Sequence record: KJ019086.1
Reading direction: 5' to 3' (one strand)
Length of the DNA: 64,000 nt
Shown: one piece after another, positions 1 to 9,174 of the stretch
How positions within the stretch are numbered: position 1 is the stretch's first letter
Layout of the letters: each line of letters begins with the position of its first letter
Made by a program: the position numbers and the translations under genes
The notes under the pieces: generated by a model
What the model was told of the DNA's origin: nothing
Seen by the model: only the letters and a program-made list of their open reading frames with translations
The model's database searches: none

Positions 1-286
1 AGCGTTACTATTCAATCATCACATTAAGAAGGGTGGGTTGGAGAACAAGTATTCTCTCATCAATAGTGGTGAGAAGATCAAGTTCTGCTACCTCAAGATT
101 CCTAATCTAATTGGTGAGAATGTTATCTCATTCATCTCCGACTTTCCTAGGGAACTTAAGTTGGAGAAGTATGTTGATTATGATACCCAATTCAATAAAG
201 CATTCCTAGATCCACTCAAGATCATCTTGGATGCTATTGGTTGGAACTGTGAGAAGCAGATGTCCTTGGAGTCATTTTTCACCTGA
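1..286 (+). CDS. gp43: DNA polymerase gp43 (family B), C-terminal end; 5' truncated by window
   Basis: Frame is open from position 2 (ALLFNHHIKK...). Contains GEKIKFCYLKIPN, YVDYDTQFNKAFLDPL and SLESFF, typical of the T4-like polymerase C-terminus; lies upstream of uvsX. Confidence 0.92.
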   Translation, partial: ALLFNHHIKKGGLENKYSLINSGEKIKFCYLKIPNLIGENVISFISDFPRELKLEKYVDYDTQFNKAFLDPLKIILDAIGWNCEKQMSLESFFT

Positions 287-314
287 TATATAAACCCCCC
301 AGAGGAGATCACCA

Positions 315-473
315 ATGGAAAAACAAAATCTAGCGATGGATCTATTCATCGAGTCTGTAATCAAACCAGACAGTGACCTTAGGGGTCAAGCATCAGAACA
401 GGGTTGTCTAGAAGAACTATTGCAAATCCGTGATGATGTGATAAAATATCTTTATAACGAGAGGAAAAACTAG
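315..473 (+). CDS. small hypothetical protein (52 aa, MEKQNLAMDLFIESV...)
   Basis: Translated by hand; GAGGAG RBS upstream; fills the gap between gp43 and the next ORF. Confidence 0.7.
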   Translation: MEKQNLAMDLFIESVIKPDSDLRGQASEQGCLEELLQIRDDVIKYLYNERKN

Positions 474-476
474 TTT

Positions 477-710
477 ATGGCGTTATCCCAATCAGTGGAG
501 AATTCCCTCAGGGAGGCAAGTTCGTCCCTGAGGAATGCTCTAGCTTTTGCTGCCAGACAGGAGAGATCACATACCTGTCAGCATATTGCTAAAGTATTAA
601 ACGATATTGATCTTATTCAGAGAACGGATGAGATGTTTGATACCCTTGATAGTATCAAGGATGGTAAGGGTGGTAGCAACCCATTTGGTAAATTTGGTTT
701 TGATGAATAA
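477..710 (+). CDS. conserved cyanophage hypothetical protein
   Basis: 77-aa ORF; stop overlaps the uvsX start. Confidence 0.8.
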   Translation: MALSQSVENSLREASSSLRNALAFAARQERSHTCQHIAKVLNDIDLIQRTDEMFDTLDSIKDGKGGSNPFGKFGFDE

Positions 711-1717
711 TGGATTTCTTAAAGGATATTGTAAATGAAATTGGTGGCGACTTCACTCAGATTGCCTCAGAGATTGAAGAAAACGAAACATACGTGGACA
801 CTGGTTCGTTCATCTTTAATGCTCTTGTATCTGGGTCTATCTATGGTGGTGTATCTGGTAACAAGATTACTGCAATTGCTGGGGAAAGTTCTACTGGAAA
901 GACTTTCTTCTCACTCGCCGTGGTCAAGAACTTCTTGGATACTAATCCCGATGCATATTGCCTTTATTTTGATACTGAAGCTGCAATCAATAGAAACCTT
1001 CTTGAGTCACGAGGTATTGACCTTAAGCGGTTGGTTGTCGTCAATGTCGTTACAGTAGAAGAGTTTAGGATGAAGGCACTTAAGTGTGTCGATATCTACC
1101 AGAAGAAACCAGAAGACGAACGCAAACCTTGTATGTTTGTCCTAGATTCTCTGGGTATGTTGTCTACAGAGAAAGAGATCAATGATGCTCTGAATGACAA
1201 GAACGTTCGTGATATGACTAAATCACAACTCATCAAAGGGGCGTTCAGGATGTTGACCTTGAAACTAGGTCAGGCTAAGATACCAATGATTGTTACTAAC
1301 CATACCTATGATGTGATTGGTGCCTATGTTCCTACTAAGGAAATGGGTGGTGGTTCAGGTCTTAAGTATGCCGCCTCTACTATTATTCACCTCACTAAGA
1401 AGAAAGAGAAAGACGGTAAGGATGTTATTGGTAACATTATCAAGTGTAAGACTGCTAAGTCCAGACTCTCCAAAGAGAATACAGACGTAGGTGTTAGACT
1501 ATTCTATGATGAACGGGGTTTGGATAAGTACTATGGTCTCCTAGAACTTGGTGAGCTTGGTGGTATGTGGAAGAATGTAGCTGGTCGTTATGACTTGGGT
1601 GATGGTAAGAAGATCTACGCTAAAGAGATACTAAAGGATCCAGAGAAGTACTTCACCGAAGAAGTTATGGAGAAACTGGATGTTGTTGCTAGGGGAACAT
1701 TCTCATATGGGTCATAA
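710..1717 (+). CDS. uvsX: UvsX RecA-like recombinase
   Basis: Walker A GESSTGKT, YFDTE, LDSLG and MGGGSGLKYAAS RecA signatures. Confidence 0.97.
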   Translation: MDFLKDIVNEIGGDFTQIASEIEENETYVDTGSFIFNALVSGSIYGGVSGNKITAIAGESSTGKTFFSLAVVKNFLDTNPDAYCLYFDTEAAINRNLLESRGIDLKRLVVVNVVTVEEFRMKALKCVDIYQKKPEDERKPCMFVLDSLGMLSTEKEINDALNDKNVRDMTKSQLIKGAFRMLTLKLGQAKIPMIVTNHTYDVIGAYVPTKEMGGGSGLKYAASTIIHLTKKKEKDGKDVIGNIIKCKTAKSRLSKENTDVGVRLFYDERGLDKYYGLLELGELGGMWKNVAGRYDLGDGKKIYAKEILKDPEKYFTEEVMEKLDVVARGTFSYGS

Positions 1718-1722
1718 ACAAT

Positions 1723-2253
1723 ATGAGTGAGTATATCAAACACTATAGGGGAGTTCTAACAGATACATCTTGTGATGTTCTGATAGATGCTCTTCTGAGT
1801 GTAGATAGAAAGCATATAAAGGAACACCGAACAGATCGTAAAACATTTGATCAGGTGTTTCTTAATGCTGCAAATATGGACCTGATTCCAGGTATTACTA
1901 AAATAGTTGGTAATGTAATCAAACAATACAAGATGGATGTTCCATACTTCACACAGTTCTTTCCCAAGGGACTGGAGATTGAAACACCAAAGGTCAAAGG
2001 TTACAGTCCTGGGGGACAATTCAAACCACATTGTGATGTAGATGCTACTTCCTGTCCAAGGTATCTTGCCTTTCTATTTTATCTTAATGATAATTTTACA
2101 GGTGGACAAACAGAGTTCTTACCTGGTATAATGGTGGAACCTGTGAAAGGTTCAGTGGTGGTATTTCCACCCAACTGGCAACACCCTCATTGTGGATTAC
2201 CAGTGGAGACTGGTAACAAATATATTATGTCAACTTATCTAAGATACGTTTAA
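1723..2253 (+). CDS. 2OG-Fe(II) oxygenase (prolyl-4-hydroxylase-like)
   Basis: HCD...FLFYLND...GG.TEF...H...KY iron/2OG motif. Confidence 0.9.
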   Translation: MSEYIKHYRGVLTDTSCDVLIDALLSVDRKHIKEHRTDRKTFDQVFLNAANMDLIPGITKIVGNVIKQYKMDVPYFTQFFPKGLEIETPKVKGYSPGGQFKPHCDVDATSCPRYLAFLFYLNDNFTGGQTEFLPGIMVEPVKGSVVVFPPNWQHPHCGLPVETGNKYIMSTYLRYV

Positions 2254-3620
2254 TGGATCGAATTGAGAATTTAATACTAAGATCACTCTCACACAGTGAA
2301 GGGTTTTCTAGGAAGGTTATCCCCTTCATCAAACCAGATTATTTCCATGATAATGCTGAGAAAGTTCTCTTCGAAGAAATTGCACAATACATTGTCAAGT
2401 ACAACTCCAATGTTACTGTACAGGCTCTAAGTATTGAAGTAGAACAGAGAACCGATTTATCTGATAGTGATGTCAAAACTATCAGAACCATCCTAGATGA
2501 CTTTGATGCAGTCACAGGAACTGATGAGTGGATGATTGATTCCACTGAGAAGTGGTGTAAGAAACAAGCAATCTACAACGCTCTTATGGAGTCTGTGAGT
2601 ATTGCCAATGGAGATAGTCAGACTAAGGCTGAAGACGCTATCCCCAGTATCCTCTCAGAGGCTCTGGGTGTATCCTTTGATAGTAATGTAGGTCACGACT
2701 ACATTGAGAACGCAGAGGATAGGTGGGAGTACTATCACCAGAAGGAAGATAAGATTCCCTTCGATATTGATCTACTCAATGCTATTACTAAAGGTGGATT
2801 ACCTAACAAGACACTGAATATCGCACTCGCTGGTACTGGTGTTGGTAAGTCACTCTTTATGTGTCACGTAGCAGCCTCTAGTTTAATGCAGGGTAAGAAT
2901 GTTCTATACATCACTGCTGAGATGGCAGAAGAGAAGATCGCGGAACGTATTGACTCCAACCTACTCAACGTTAATATCAAGGATCTATCTGAACTACCCA
3001 AACAGATGTTTGAGAAGAAGATAGATGCGGTATCTAAGAAGACACAAGGTTCCTTGGTTATCAAGGAGTATCCTACAGCTTCTGCACACTCAGGTCACTT
3101 CAAGTCTCTACTTAACGAACTAAAACTCAAGAAGAACTTCACACCAGATATTATCTTTATTGATTATCTCAATATCTGTGCTTCCTCTCGTATCAGAGCT
3201 GGTGCTAACGCTAACTCCTACACACTAGTGAAGAGTATCGCAGAAGAGATTCGTGGTCTAGCGGTAGAGTTCAACGTTCCTATCGTGAGTGCTACTCAGA
3301 CGACCCGTAGTGGGTATGGAAACAGTGACGTGGGTATCACAGATACCTCTGAGTCTTTCGGTCTTCCTGCAACCGCTGACCTTATGATCGCTCTTATCTC
3401 CACAGAGGAGCTAGAAGGTCTAGGTCAAATTATGGTTAAACAACTCAAGAACAGATACAATGATCCCACCATCCACAAGCGTTTTGTTGTCGGTATTGAC
3501 AGAGCTAAGATGCGGTTGTATGACTGTGAGCAGGCGGCTCAGGATGATATTCTGGATAGTGGTGACGACTCTGAGGAAAAGACTTCCCTCAAGGATAAGT
3601 TGGCAAAACTGAGTTTCTAG
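2253..3620 (+). CDS. gp41: replicative DNA helicase gp41
   Basis: Walker A AGTGVGKS, IFIDYLNI, SATQTTRSG and KQLKNRY DnaB-family motifs. Confidence 0.97.
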   Translation: MDRIENLILRSLSHSEGFSRKVIPFIKPDYFHDNAEKVLFEEIAQYIVKYNSNVTVQALSIEVEQRTDLSDSDVKTIRTILDDFDAVTGTDEWMIDSTEKWCKKQAIYNALMESVSIANGDSQTKAEDAIPSILSEALGVSFDSNVGHDYIENAEDRWEYYHQKEDKIPFDIDLLNAITKGGLPNKTLNIALAGTGVGKSLFMCHVAASSLMQGKNVLYITAEMAEEKIAERIDSNLLNVNIKDLSELPKQMFEKKIDAVSKKTQGSLVIKEYPTASAHSGHFKSLLNELKLKKNFTPDIIFIDYLNICASSRIRAGANANSYTLVKSIAEEIRGLAVEFNVPIVSATQTTRSGYGNSDVGITDTSESFGLPATADLMIALISTEELEGLGQIMVKQLKNRYNDPTIHKRFVVGIDRAKMRLYDCEQAAQDDILDSGDDSEEKTSLKDKLAKLSF

Positions 3621-3628
3621 TGTATAAT
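3600..3628 (+). promoter_or_regulatory. sigma70-type early promoter TTGGCA-N17-TATAAT
   Basis: -35 at 3600-3605, -10 at 3623-3628, 17-nt spacer. Confidence 0.65.
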
Positions 3629-3678
3629 GGTTATGTTGGGAAGAAACCCCAACCTCCTTTGTGATGTGGTGTTTGTTG

Positions 3679-3706
3679 GGGAAGGGGTGGTTCCCTTCCC
3701 TTTTTT
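3679..3706 (+). terminator. intrinsic terminator upstream of mazG
   Basis: GGGAAGGG/CCCTTCCC stem followed by T6. Confidence 0.75.
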
Positions 3707-3730
3707 ATTGTTTATTGGTATTCAATTATT

Positions 3731-4135
3731 ATGAGCGTAGATTTTTCTAAGTACGGTGAGTTTGTAGACACAGTAACTAGTGCCCCCTCCAAGGGAACTG
3801 GTGAGATGATCGCAGTACTCAAGGACCTTAAGGTTCGTGGAGCACAACCTGAGAGACTACTCACTGGTGCAGTTGGTATCTGTGCTGAGGGTGGTGAGTT
3901 TATGGAAGTCGTCAAGAAGATGGTATTCCAAGGCAAACCTTATGACCACGATAACATCTGGCATATGAAGCGTGAGTTGGGTGATATTATGTTCTATGTA
4001 CAAACAGCGTGTATCGCTCTAGGTACCTCTGTTGATGAGATTGTAGAGATGAATGTGGAGAAACTAGAAGCACGATATCCAGGTGGTCAATTTAGTGTAG
4101 AGAATAGTGAGAACCGAGTAGAGGGTGACTTATGA
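3731..4135 (+). CDS. mazG: MazG-family nucleoside triphosphate pyrophosphohydrolase
   Basis: EGGEFMEVVKK...ELGDIMFY...NVEKLEARYP motifs. Confidence 0.93.
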   Translation: MSVDFSKYGEFVDTVTSAPSKGTGEMIAVLKDLKVRGAQPERLLTGAVGICAEGGEFMEVVKKMVFQGKPYDHDNIWHMKRELGDIMFYVQTACIALGTSVDEIVEMNVEKLEARYPGGQFSVENSENRVEGDL

Positions 4136-4254
4136 TTGCATCTGATACACATAATGAACCCACTGAGTTAATCAGACAAATCAATGAGTCAGTGGAACGT
4201 GCTAGAATGAAGGAACAAGACGATCAACTAAACTACGACACAGGAGGTAAATGA
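4132..4254 (+). CDS. small hypothetical protein (40 aa)
   Basis: ATGA overlaps at both ends. Confidence 0.55.
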   Translation: MIASDTHNEPTELIRQINESVERARMKEQDDQLNYDTGGK

Positions 4255-4559
4255 TGGACAAACCAATTACAGTTGAGGAATACCAAGAGGCTGGTAAAGA
4301 GTTCTGGCCAAAGTATTGGTATGTTGCTAAAGAACTTGGTGAAAACGCTAAGACTGAAGATGTCCTACATGTTATGGAGTCTCTTGCTGGTGTTGTTATG
4401 GTCAACAGAAGCAATGAAAAGAAAGAATACTCTGGTATGATTGGGTTCAATAAGTCCCTAGAAGACAACCCATTGGCTTCTGCTACATACCACGGACAAC
4501 CAGTTACAGAGTGTCCCCCAGGGACTATCTACTGTAACGGTGAATGTTGTGACCTATGA
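4251..4559 (+). CDS. conserved cyanophage hypothetical protein
   Basis: 102-aa ORF with GGAGG RBS; EFWPKYWYVAKELGE. Confidence 0.8.
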   Translation: MMDKPITVEEYQEAGKEFWPKYWYVAKELGENAKTEDVLHVMESLAGVVMVNRSNEKKEYSGMIGFNKSLEDNPLASATYHGQPVTECPPGTIYCNGECCDL

Positions 4560-4567
4560 GGTAAATT

Positions 4568-4702
4568 ATGGCTAAAAGAACCTATACTACAAAGTCTGGA
4601 GATGTGTTTGAGTGGGAAGAGACCCCTGAAACTACTGCAGCACTCAAAGCTCTCCACAGACAAGTGGCAGAGACAAAACAGAAGCTTGACAGCACCAAGT
4701 GA
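4568..4702 (+). CDS. small hypothetical protein (44 aa, MAKRTYTTKSG...)
   Basis: Translated by hand; GAGGT RBS. Confidence 0.6.
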   Translation: MAKRTYTTKSGDVFEWEETPETTAALKALHRQVAETKQKLDSTK

Positions 4703-4714
4703 GTCTGTTATAAT
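4686..4714 (+). promoter_or_regulatory. sigma70 promoter TTGACA-N17-TATAAT driving the tRNA/ncRNA cluster
   Basis: Perfect consensus at 4686-4691 and 4709-4714. Confidence 0.85.
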
Positions 4715-4794
4715 ATGAGAGTTGGGAAGGAAACCCCCCAACTGCGGTGACCCCCTTGGTAGTTCAGGGTTAGCGGCGATAGGAACTACCACAA

Positions 4795-4868
4795 GGGTTA
4801 ATAGCTCAGCTGGACAGAGCAACGCTCTTCTAAAGCGTCGGTCGTTGGTTCGAATCCAACTTAACCCG
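4795..4868 (+). tRNA. trnR: tRNA-Arg (TCT)
   Basis: Acceptor GGGTTAA/TTAACCC, anticodon arm ACGCT-CT TCT AA-AGCGT, T-loop GTTCGAATC; no encoded CCA. Confidence 0.95.
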
Positions 4869-4890
4869 TTGGGGTCTAATTAACCCCATA

Positions 4891-5075
4891 GGATGTGACA
4901 GAATGAACCGTTTGGTTAATACCGGTCATTGTATAGTAGGGAAGGCTGTGGTGGCCGCCAGAAAGACTAGGAGACTAGAGTTCTGAGAACCCATACCAGG
5001 GTCCCGAAAGTTCAGAGGTATTACTATTCTTAGTATGACCCCTCTGTTGGAGGTAAAAAGATAATCCTCCCATCC
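4891..5075 (+). ncRNA. multi-stem structured RNA between the tRNAs; candidate manA RNA motif
   Basis: Closing GGATG/CATCC; internal stems AATGA/TCATT, CAGAA/TTCTG, CTAG-GAGA-CTAG, CAGAGG/CCTCTG and GGAGG/CCTCC; no ORF. tRNA adjacency fits the described manA motif of cyanophages. Confidence 0.55.
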
Positions 5076-5081
5076 ACCCAA

Positions 5082-5153
5082 TCCACAATAGCTCAGCGGT
5101 AGAGTCGGCGACTGTTAATCGCCTTGTCCCTGGTTCGAATCCAGGTTGTGGAG
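5082..5153 (+). tRNA. trnN: tRNA-Asn (GTT)
   Basis: Acceptor TCCACAA/TTGTGGA, anticodon arm GGCGA-CT GTT AA-TCGCC, T-loop GTTCGAATC. Confidence 0.95.
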
Positions 5154-5171
5154 TTCTTTATTATCTTTGAT

Positions 5172-5888
5172 ATGGATGTATCCAATCCTGATAACTGGTA
5201 TATTGGTAGATTTTGTGAATCTAACTTCCTAGATCAAACAGCACTCTCCTCAGTGAGGTCATGGATTGATACTCAATCATGGGTAGATGGAGTTTTAACT
5301 TTGGACTACTCTAAAGATAAGGATCCATATCAACTGAAAAGAAATCAGGCAACGAGAAATATAATCCCACCCAGACTATTTTGGCCACATGTTGATAAGA
5401 ACGAAAAGTTCGCTCGGTTCACCTGTCCCCGATCAAGCACCGATCCAAACTGCACAAAAACATCTAAGGGTGAATACTACAAACCACACTTTGATGATGT
5501 AGTTAATGGGCACTTCTCAACTACGATCTTTATCAGTGATCCTGATGAATATGATGGTGGTGAGTTAGTTCTGTATATTGACGGGAAGGAAGTATTCTTC
5601 AAACCAAAAGCAGGTGAAGGTGTAACTTATGAGACTGGTATTGGTCATAGAGTCAATACAGTCACAAGGGGTGAGAGATTGGCATTTGTATTCTGGACAG
5701 ATTGTCGATGGGATGATATTGATGATTATCGTGATTGGCGTTATTATAACTATATGAAAGACTACCTAATGACAACTCCTTATGTTGATACCTTATATGA
5801 GTTTTGTAACGAACCCCATACTATATTCAAAGGGAAATCATATGATATTATGAGAAAGGTTATGAGGAAAGTTATTCCTAATGGTTGA
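5172..5888 (+). CDS. 2OG-Fe(II) oxygenase (PKHD/YbiX-like)
   Basis: YYKPHFD, DEYDGGELV, GHRV and RLAFV motifs. Start moved to ATG 5172 because 5124 lies inside tRNA-Asn. Confidence 0.85.
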   Translation: MDVSNPDNWYIGRFCESNFLDQTALSSVRSWIDTQSWVDGVLTLDYSKDKDPYQLKRNQATRNIIPPRLFWPHVDKNEKFARFTCPRSSTDPNCTKTSKGEYYKPHFDDVVNGHFSTTIFISDPDEYDGGELVLYIDGKEVFFKPKAGEGVTYETGIGHRVNTVTRGERLAFVFWTDCRWDDIDDYRDWRYYNYMKDYLMTTPYVDTLYEFCNEPHTIFKGKSYDIMRKVMRKVIPNG

Positions 5889-6414
5889 ATCATTTTACGG
5901 AGAAATACTCAACTCGGATGCTACTGGGCATCTGTATTCGTATGCCCAAAGTATTCAAGACTGGCAAACCATAAACCAAGACTACATGGGTAAGAAATAC
6001 CAGTCTGTTATGGCTCATAAAGTCCCTAGGGGAAATGAGATTGAGAAGTATGTTGTCAGAACTTTTCTCACATTCAATAAGTTATATTTCAACTACGATT
6101 TAGTAGGAACATTTGAAACACAGATTCTGAAATACAATGTGCATGATGGGTATGATTGGCACTGTGACTATGGTGTGAGTGAGAATCCCAATGCAGTTAG
6201 GAAACTGAGTATGATTATTCAACTCAGTGATATGTGGGACTACAACGGTGCAAATGTATTCCTAAGGGACTGGCACAACCGAGAACACATCCTAAGTAAG
6301 GAGTCTGGGTATGTTACCGTATTTGACTCTAGGTCCCCTCACAGGGTCTCTCCTCTAGCTATCGGAGAACGATACTCACTGGTAGCCTGGGCTCACGGTC
6401 CAGAGTGGAGATAA
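5881..6414 (+). CDS. 2OG-Fe(II) oxygenase
   Basis: YDWHCD, RKLSMIIQLS, HRV and RYSLVAW motifs. Confidence 0.9.
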   Translation: MVESFYGEILNSDATGHLYSYAQSIQDWQTINQDYMGKKYQSVMAHKVPRGNEIEKYVVRTFLTFNKLYFNYDLVGTFETQILKYNVHDGYDWHCDYGVSENPNAVRKLSMIIQLSDMWDYNGANVFLRDWHNREHILSKESGYVTVFDSRSPHRVSPLAIGERYSLVAWAHGPEWR

Positions 6415-6439
6415 ATAAAATACAAAGAAATGGAAACAT

Positions 6440-6754
6440 ATGCTTTCTACACAATATCGTCTTCGCCTTGAGGCTATCTGCCGAAAGATTGCGAATAGTG
6501 AATCTGTGGATTTGAGTGACATGATCTGGGCAGACAAATTGGCAAAGAGCCATACTACTGCTAGAGACTGGTTACAGCAGGCAAGAAGACAATCAGCCCA
6601 TCAAATTGAAGAAGGTACCATAGATGATTTTATGAATAGGATGGGTTTAGGTGATCCCGATCCGTCCAATCATAAGAAGGGATTTGATAGTGCCGATGAT
6701 ATTAAGGACTGGTTTCAACAGGATAAGCCCAAAGACTGGAGACAAAGAGACTAA
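6440..6754 (+). CDS. conserved cyanophage hypothetical protein
   Basis: MLSTQYRLRLEAIC...QQDKPKDWRQRD, a recurrent cyanophage ORF type. Confidence 0.8.
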   Translation: MLSTQYRLRLEAICRKIANSESVDLSDMIWADKLAKSHTTARDWLQQARRQSAHQIEEGTIDDFMNRMGLGDPDPSNHKKGFDSADDIKDWFQQDKPKDWRQRD

Positions 6755-6756
6755 CT

Positions 6757-6936
6757 ATGGCTAATAAAAACGACAAAGGCAATCACCCAAGAGAAGAGGG
6801 TTGGTTCACCGAAAAGTTGAAGAGAAGACTCAGGAATGATCTCATACATCCTGAACATCTAGTTCCCATTCTTATTGAAGAGAATGAGGCACTTAGAGCA
6901 GAGATTGCAACACTAAAAGCAATGCATAAATGGTAA
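6757..6936 (+). CDS. small hypothetical protein (59 aa)
   Basis: Translated by hand; tightly packed between neighbours. Confidence 0.65.
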   Translation: MANKNDKGNHPREEGWFTEKLKRRLRNDLIHPEHLVPILIEENEALRAEIATLKAMHKW

Positions 6937-6937
6937 A

Positions 6938-8239
6938 ATGGCAGCATTAAGTTCCACTTCCCCAGGACAACTAGGTAAGTATGTCATCCCCACAGTCCAG
7001 AAACTAAATGATGCGATGAAACGCAGAACTAGTCTTGGTAGGGGGAGTGGTAAGTCTTATACCATTAAGAATACCCCTGCGAATGTGGCAGCTATCAAGG
7101 AGTTCTCTCGTATTGGTAGCTCTCCCAAGTCACAGAAAGAAGCACTTGCTATTAGTCTGCAGACCACTGATACTAAAGTTCCTACTATTACTATCGGTAG
7201 TATTGATAAACCTAATATCAAATACAACCTTGGGGATATGTCTGAGGCTGTAGTTGGTGCTGCTATTGCCGCCAGGTTTATCTACAAGAATAGAAGTATT
7301 ACGGCTTCAAATGTTTATGGTGTCCTATATGGAATGCCACCATCATCTAACTACCCAGGGAAGAAGGGAAAATATACAGAGAAGACATTCCAGTCAATCA
7401 ATGAAAATAAGAAGGTCACAGATCAGGTTAAGGTGTATATCTCCCTAGCTGAGGTTAATATGGCTGCTGTGATGGATAGATCCAATAAGGATCTTATTCT
7501 TCCTTATGTTCGTTCTGCAGTTAGATATGCTAATAGTACCACTGTCAAGAAGTGGTCCAAACTACTTTATGAGAACAATAGATCAGATAAGATTGATGTA
7601 ATGTCCGATGGTCTTGGAGGACAAACCACAACTAAAGTGGATGTATATGTAAAAGTTAATGATGAGAAAGTAAATATTAATGTGTCACTGAAGGCTGGTG
7701 ATGTCAAACAGTTTGGTCAGGTCTCTGGTATTGAGTTTGAGAAACAAACTAAACTATGGGAAACCTCCTTTGGTTTTGGTAGTGAGATTAAGAGTCTAGA
7801 GTCAAAGTATAACCAGTTGATCTCAGATAAATCAACAGTCCCACAGGCTGTAACTATGGTATATCAGGAGGTGGCTAACCTTTTCAATCAAGGTATTAGG
7901 AGGGGTGACGCTGGTATGATAAGGAAATTTGCCAACTCCATTAAGTATTTCGCTACACTAAATGAAGATAATGTAACCCTACTACAGGTGGGTAATGACG
8001 CAGCAAAGCTCTATTCGTTTGATGATATATACCAAGGAATAGAAAACATGCAACTGAACGCTACCATTACTATGGGTAAGAGTGGTCTCCCAACCTTACT
8101 AATAAACGAGACTGCTAGTGGGCAACCTCTTATTCAGTATCGAGTGAAGCAGGAGTTCAAACCCGATGGGTCTCCATACATCAGAAACTATGTGGAGAAG
8201 CAGACTGTTCTAGGAAAACTTATTGGTGAAAACCTCTAG
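6938..8239 (+). CDS. hypothetical protein with a possible PD-(D/E)xK nuclease core
   Basis: GDMSEA...KVDVYV...NVSLKAG pattern (E...D...SxK); immediately upstream of dam. Confidence 0.5.
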   Translation: MAALSSTSPGQLGKYVIPTVQKLNDAMKRRTSLGRGSGKSYTIKNTPANVAAIKEFSRIGSSPKSQKEALAISLQTTDTKVPTITIGSIDKPNIKYNLGDMSEAVVGAAIAARFIYKNRSITASNVYGVLYGMPPSSNYPGKKGKYTEKTFQSINENKKVTDQVKVYISLAEVNMAAVMDRSNKDLILPYVRSAVRYANSTTVKKWSKLLYENNRSDKIDVMSDGLGGQTTTKVDVYVKVNDEKVNINVSLKAGDVKQFGQVSGIEFEKQTKLWETSFGFGSEIKSLESKYNQLISDKSTVPQAVTMVYQEVANLFNQGIRRGDAGMIRKFANSIKYFATLNEDNVTLLQVGNDAAKLYSFDDIYQGIENMQLNATITMGKSGLPTLLINETASGQPLIQYRVKQEFKPDGSPYIRNYVEKQTVLGKLIGENL

Positions 8240-8274
8240 GTGTGTTATAATACCATTGTAGAGATTTCTATTTT

Positions 8275-9174
8275 ATGAAGGAACGCAGAAAGTATCCAAC
8301 CGTATTGAGGTATCCAGGCGGTAAGTCTAGGATTATCTACTATTTGTTTAGGGAAAATATGATCCCTAAGAATGTCAAGGAATACCGTGAGGGTTTCCTA
8401 GGTGGGGGTTCTTGTGCTCTTGCGTTCTCTGTGATGTACCCAAACACCCCAGTTTGGGTCAATGATCTTTACTACAATCTGTATATCTTCTGGACACAAC
8501 TCCAGAAGAATCCAGATCCACTTATCAATCGTCTCCTAGAACTAAAGGACGAAGCCTGTGATGCATCAGGTACAGAAGAACTAGAGAAAAAGCATAGAAA
8601 ACTCTACACAGATATGCGTGATCTCATTAACACCTCTAGTGATCACCTTGATATTGCAACCTCCTTCTACATTCTAAACCGATCTAGTTTCGGTGGATTC
8701 ACTGAACAAAACAAGAATGCCTTCATCCGAGACTCATACAAGAATACTATTTTCTCTCAGAGTAAAATCCGTAAGTTGGCTAATATCTCTGAGATTATCC
8801 AACCCTGGAGAATTACCAATACACACTACAAGGAACTAATGAGAGCTCCTGGTGATGATGTATTTGTGTTCCTAGACCCTCCATATCTAATCAAGGATAT
8901 GTTGTATGGTAAGGACAAGGAGATGCACACTGGGTTCTCTCATGAAGAGTTTGTGAGTGAGTGTAAAGGTTCTACACATGACTGGATGATTACCTACAAT
9001 GAACATGAATGGTTGAGATCCCAGTTCGCTGACTATCATATGGAGTCTTTCGAGTTCCGTTATAGTCTCGCCCACAGGGAAGAGAATGGCAACAAGAAAG
9101 AAGAACTCCTCATAATGAACTATGAGATTCCTCGTGATATCCCAAACCCACTAGAGGTAGTTTTGTATGGATGA
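8275..9174 (+). CDS. dam: Dam-family (D12 class) DNA adenine methyltransferase
   Basis: LRYPGGKS, EGFLGGGS (motif I) and FLDPPY (motif IV). Confidence 0.92.
   Translation: MKERRKYPTVLRYPGGKSRIIYYLFRENMIPKNVKEYREGFLGGGSCALAFSVMYPNTPVWVNDLYYNLYIFWTQLQKNPDPLINRLLELKDEACDASGTEELEKKHRKLYTDMRDLINTSSDHLDIATSFYILNRSSFGGFTEQNKNAFIRDSYKNTIFSQSKIRKLANISEIIQPWRITNTHYKELMRAPGDDVFVFLDPPYLIKDMLYGKDKEMHTGFSHEEFVSECKGSTHDWMITYNEHEWLRSQFADYHMESFEFRYSLAHREENGNKKEELLIMNYEIPRDIPNPLEVVLYG

Noticed and set aside
5124-5171. N-terminal extension of the oxygenase ORF given in the track
   Set aside because: It lies inside tRNA-Asn; ATG 5172 is the plausible start.
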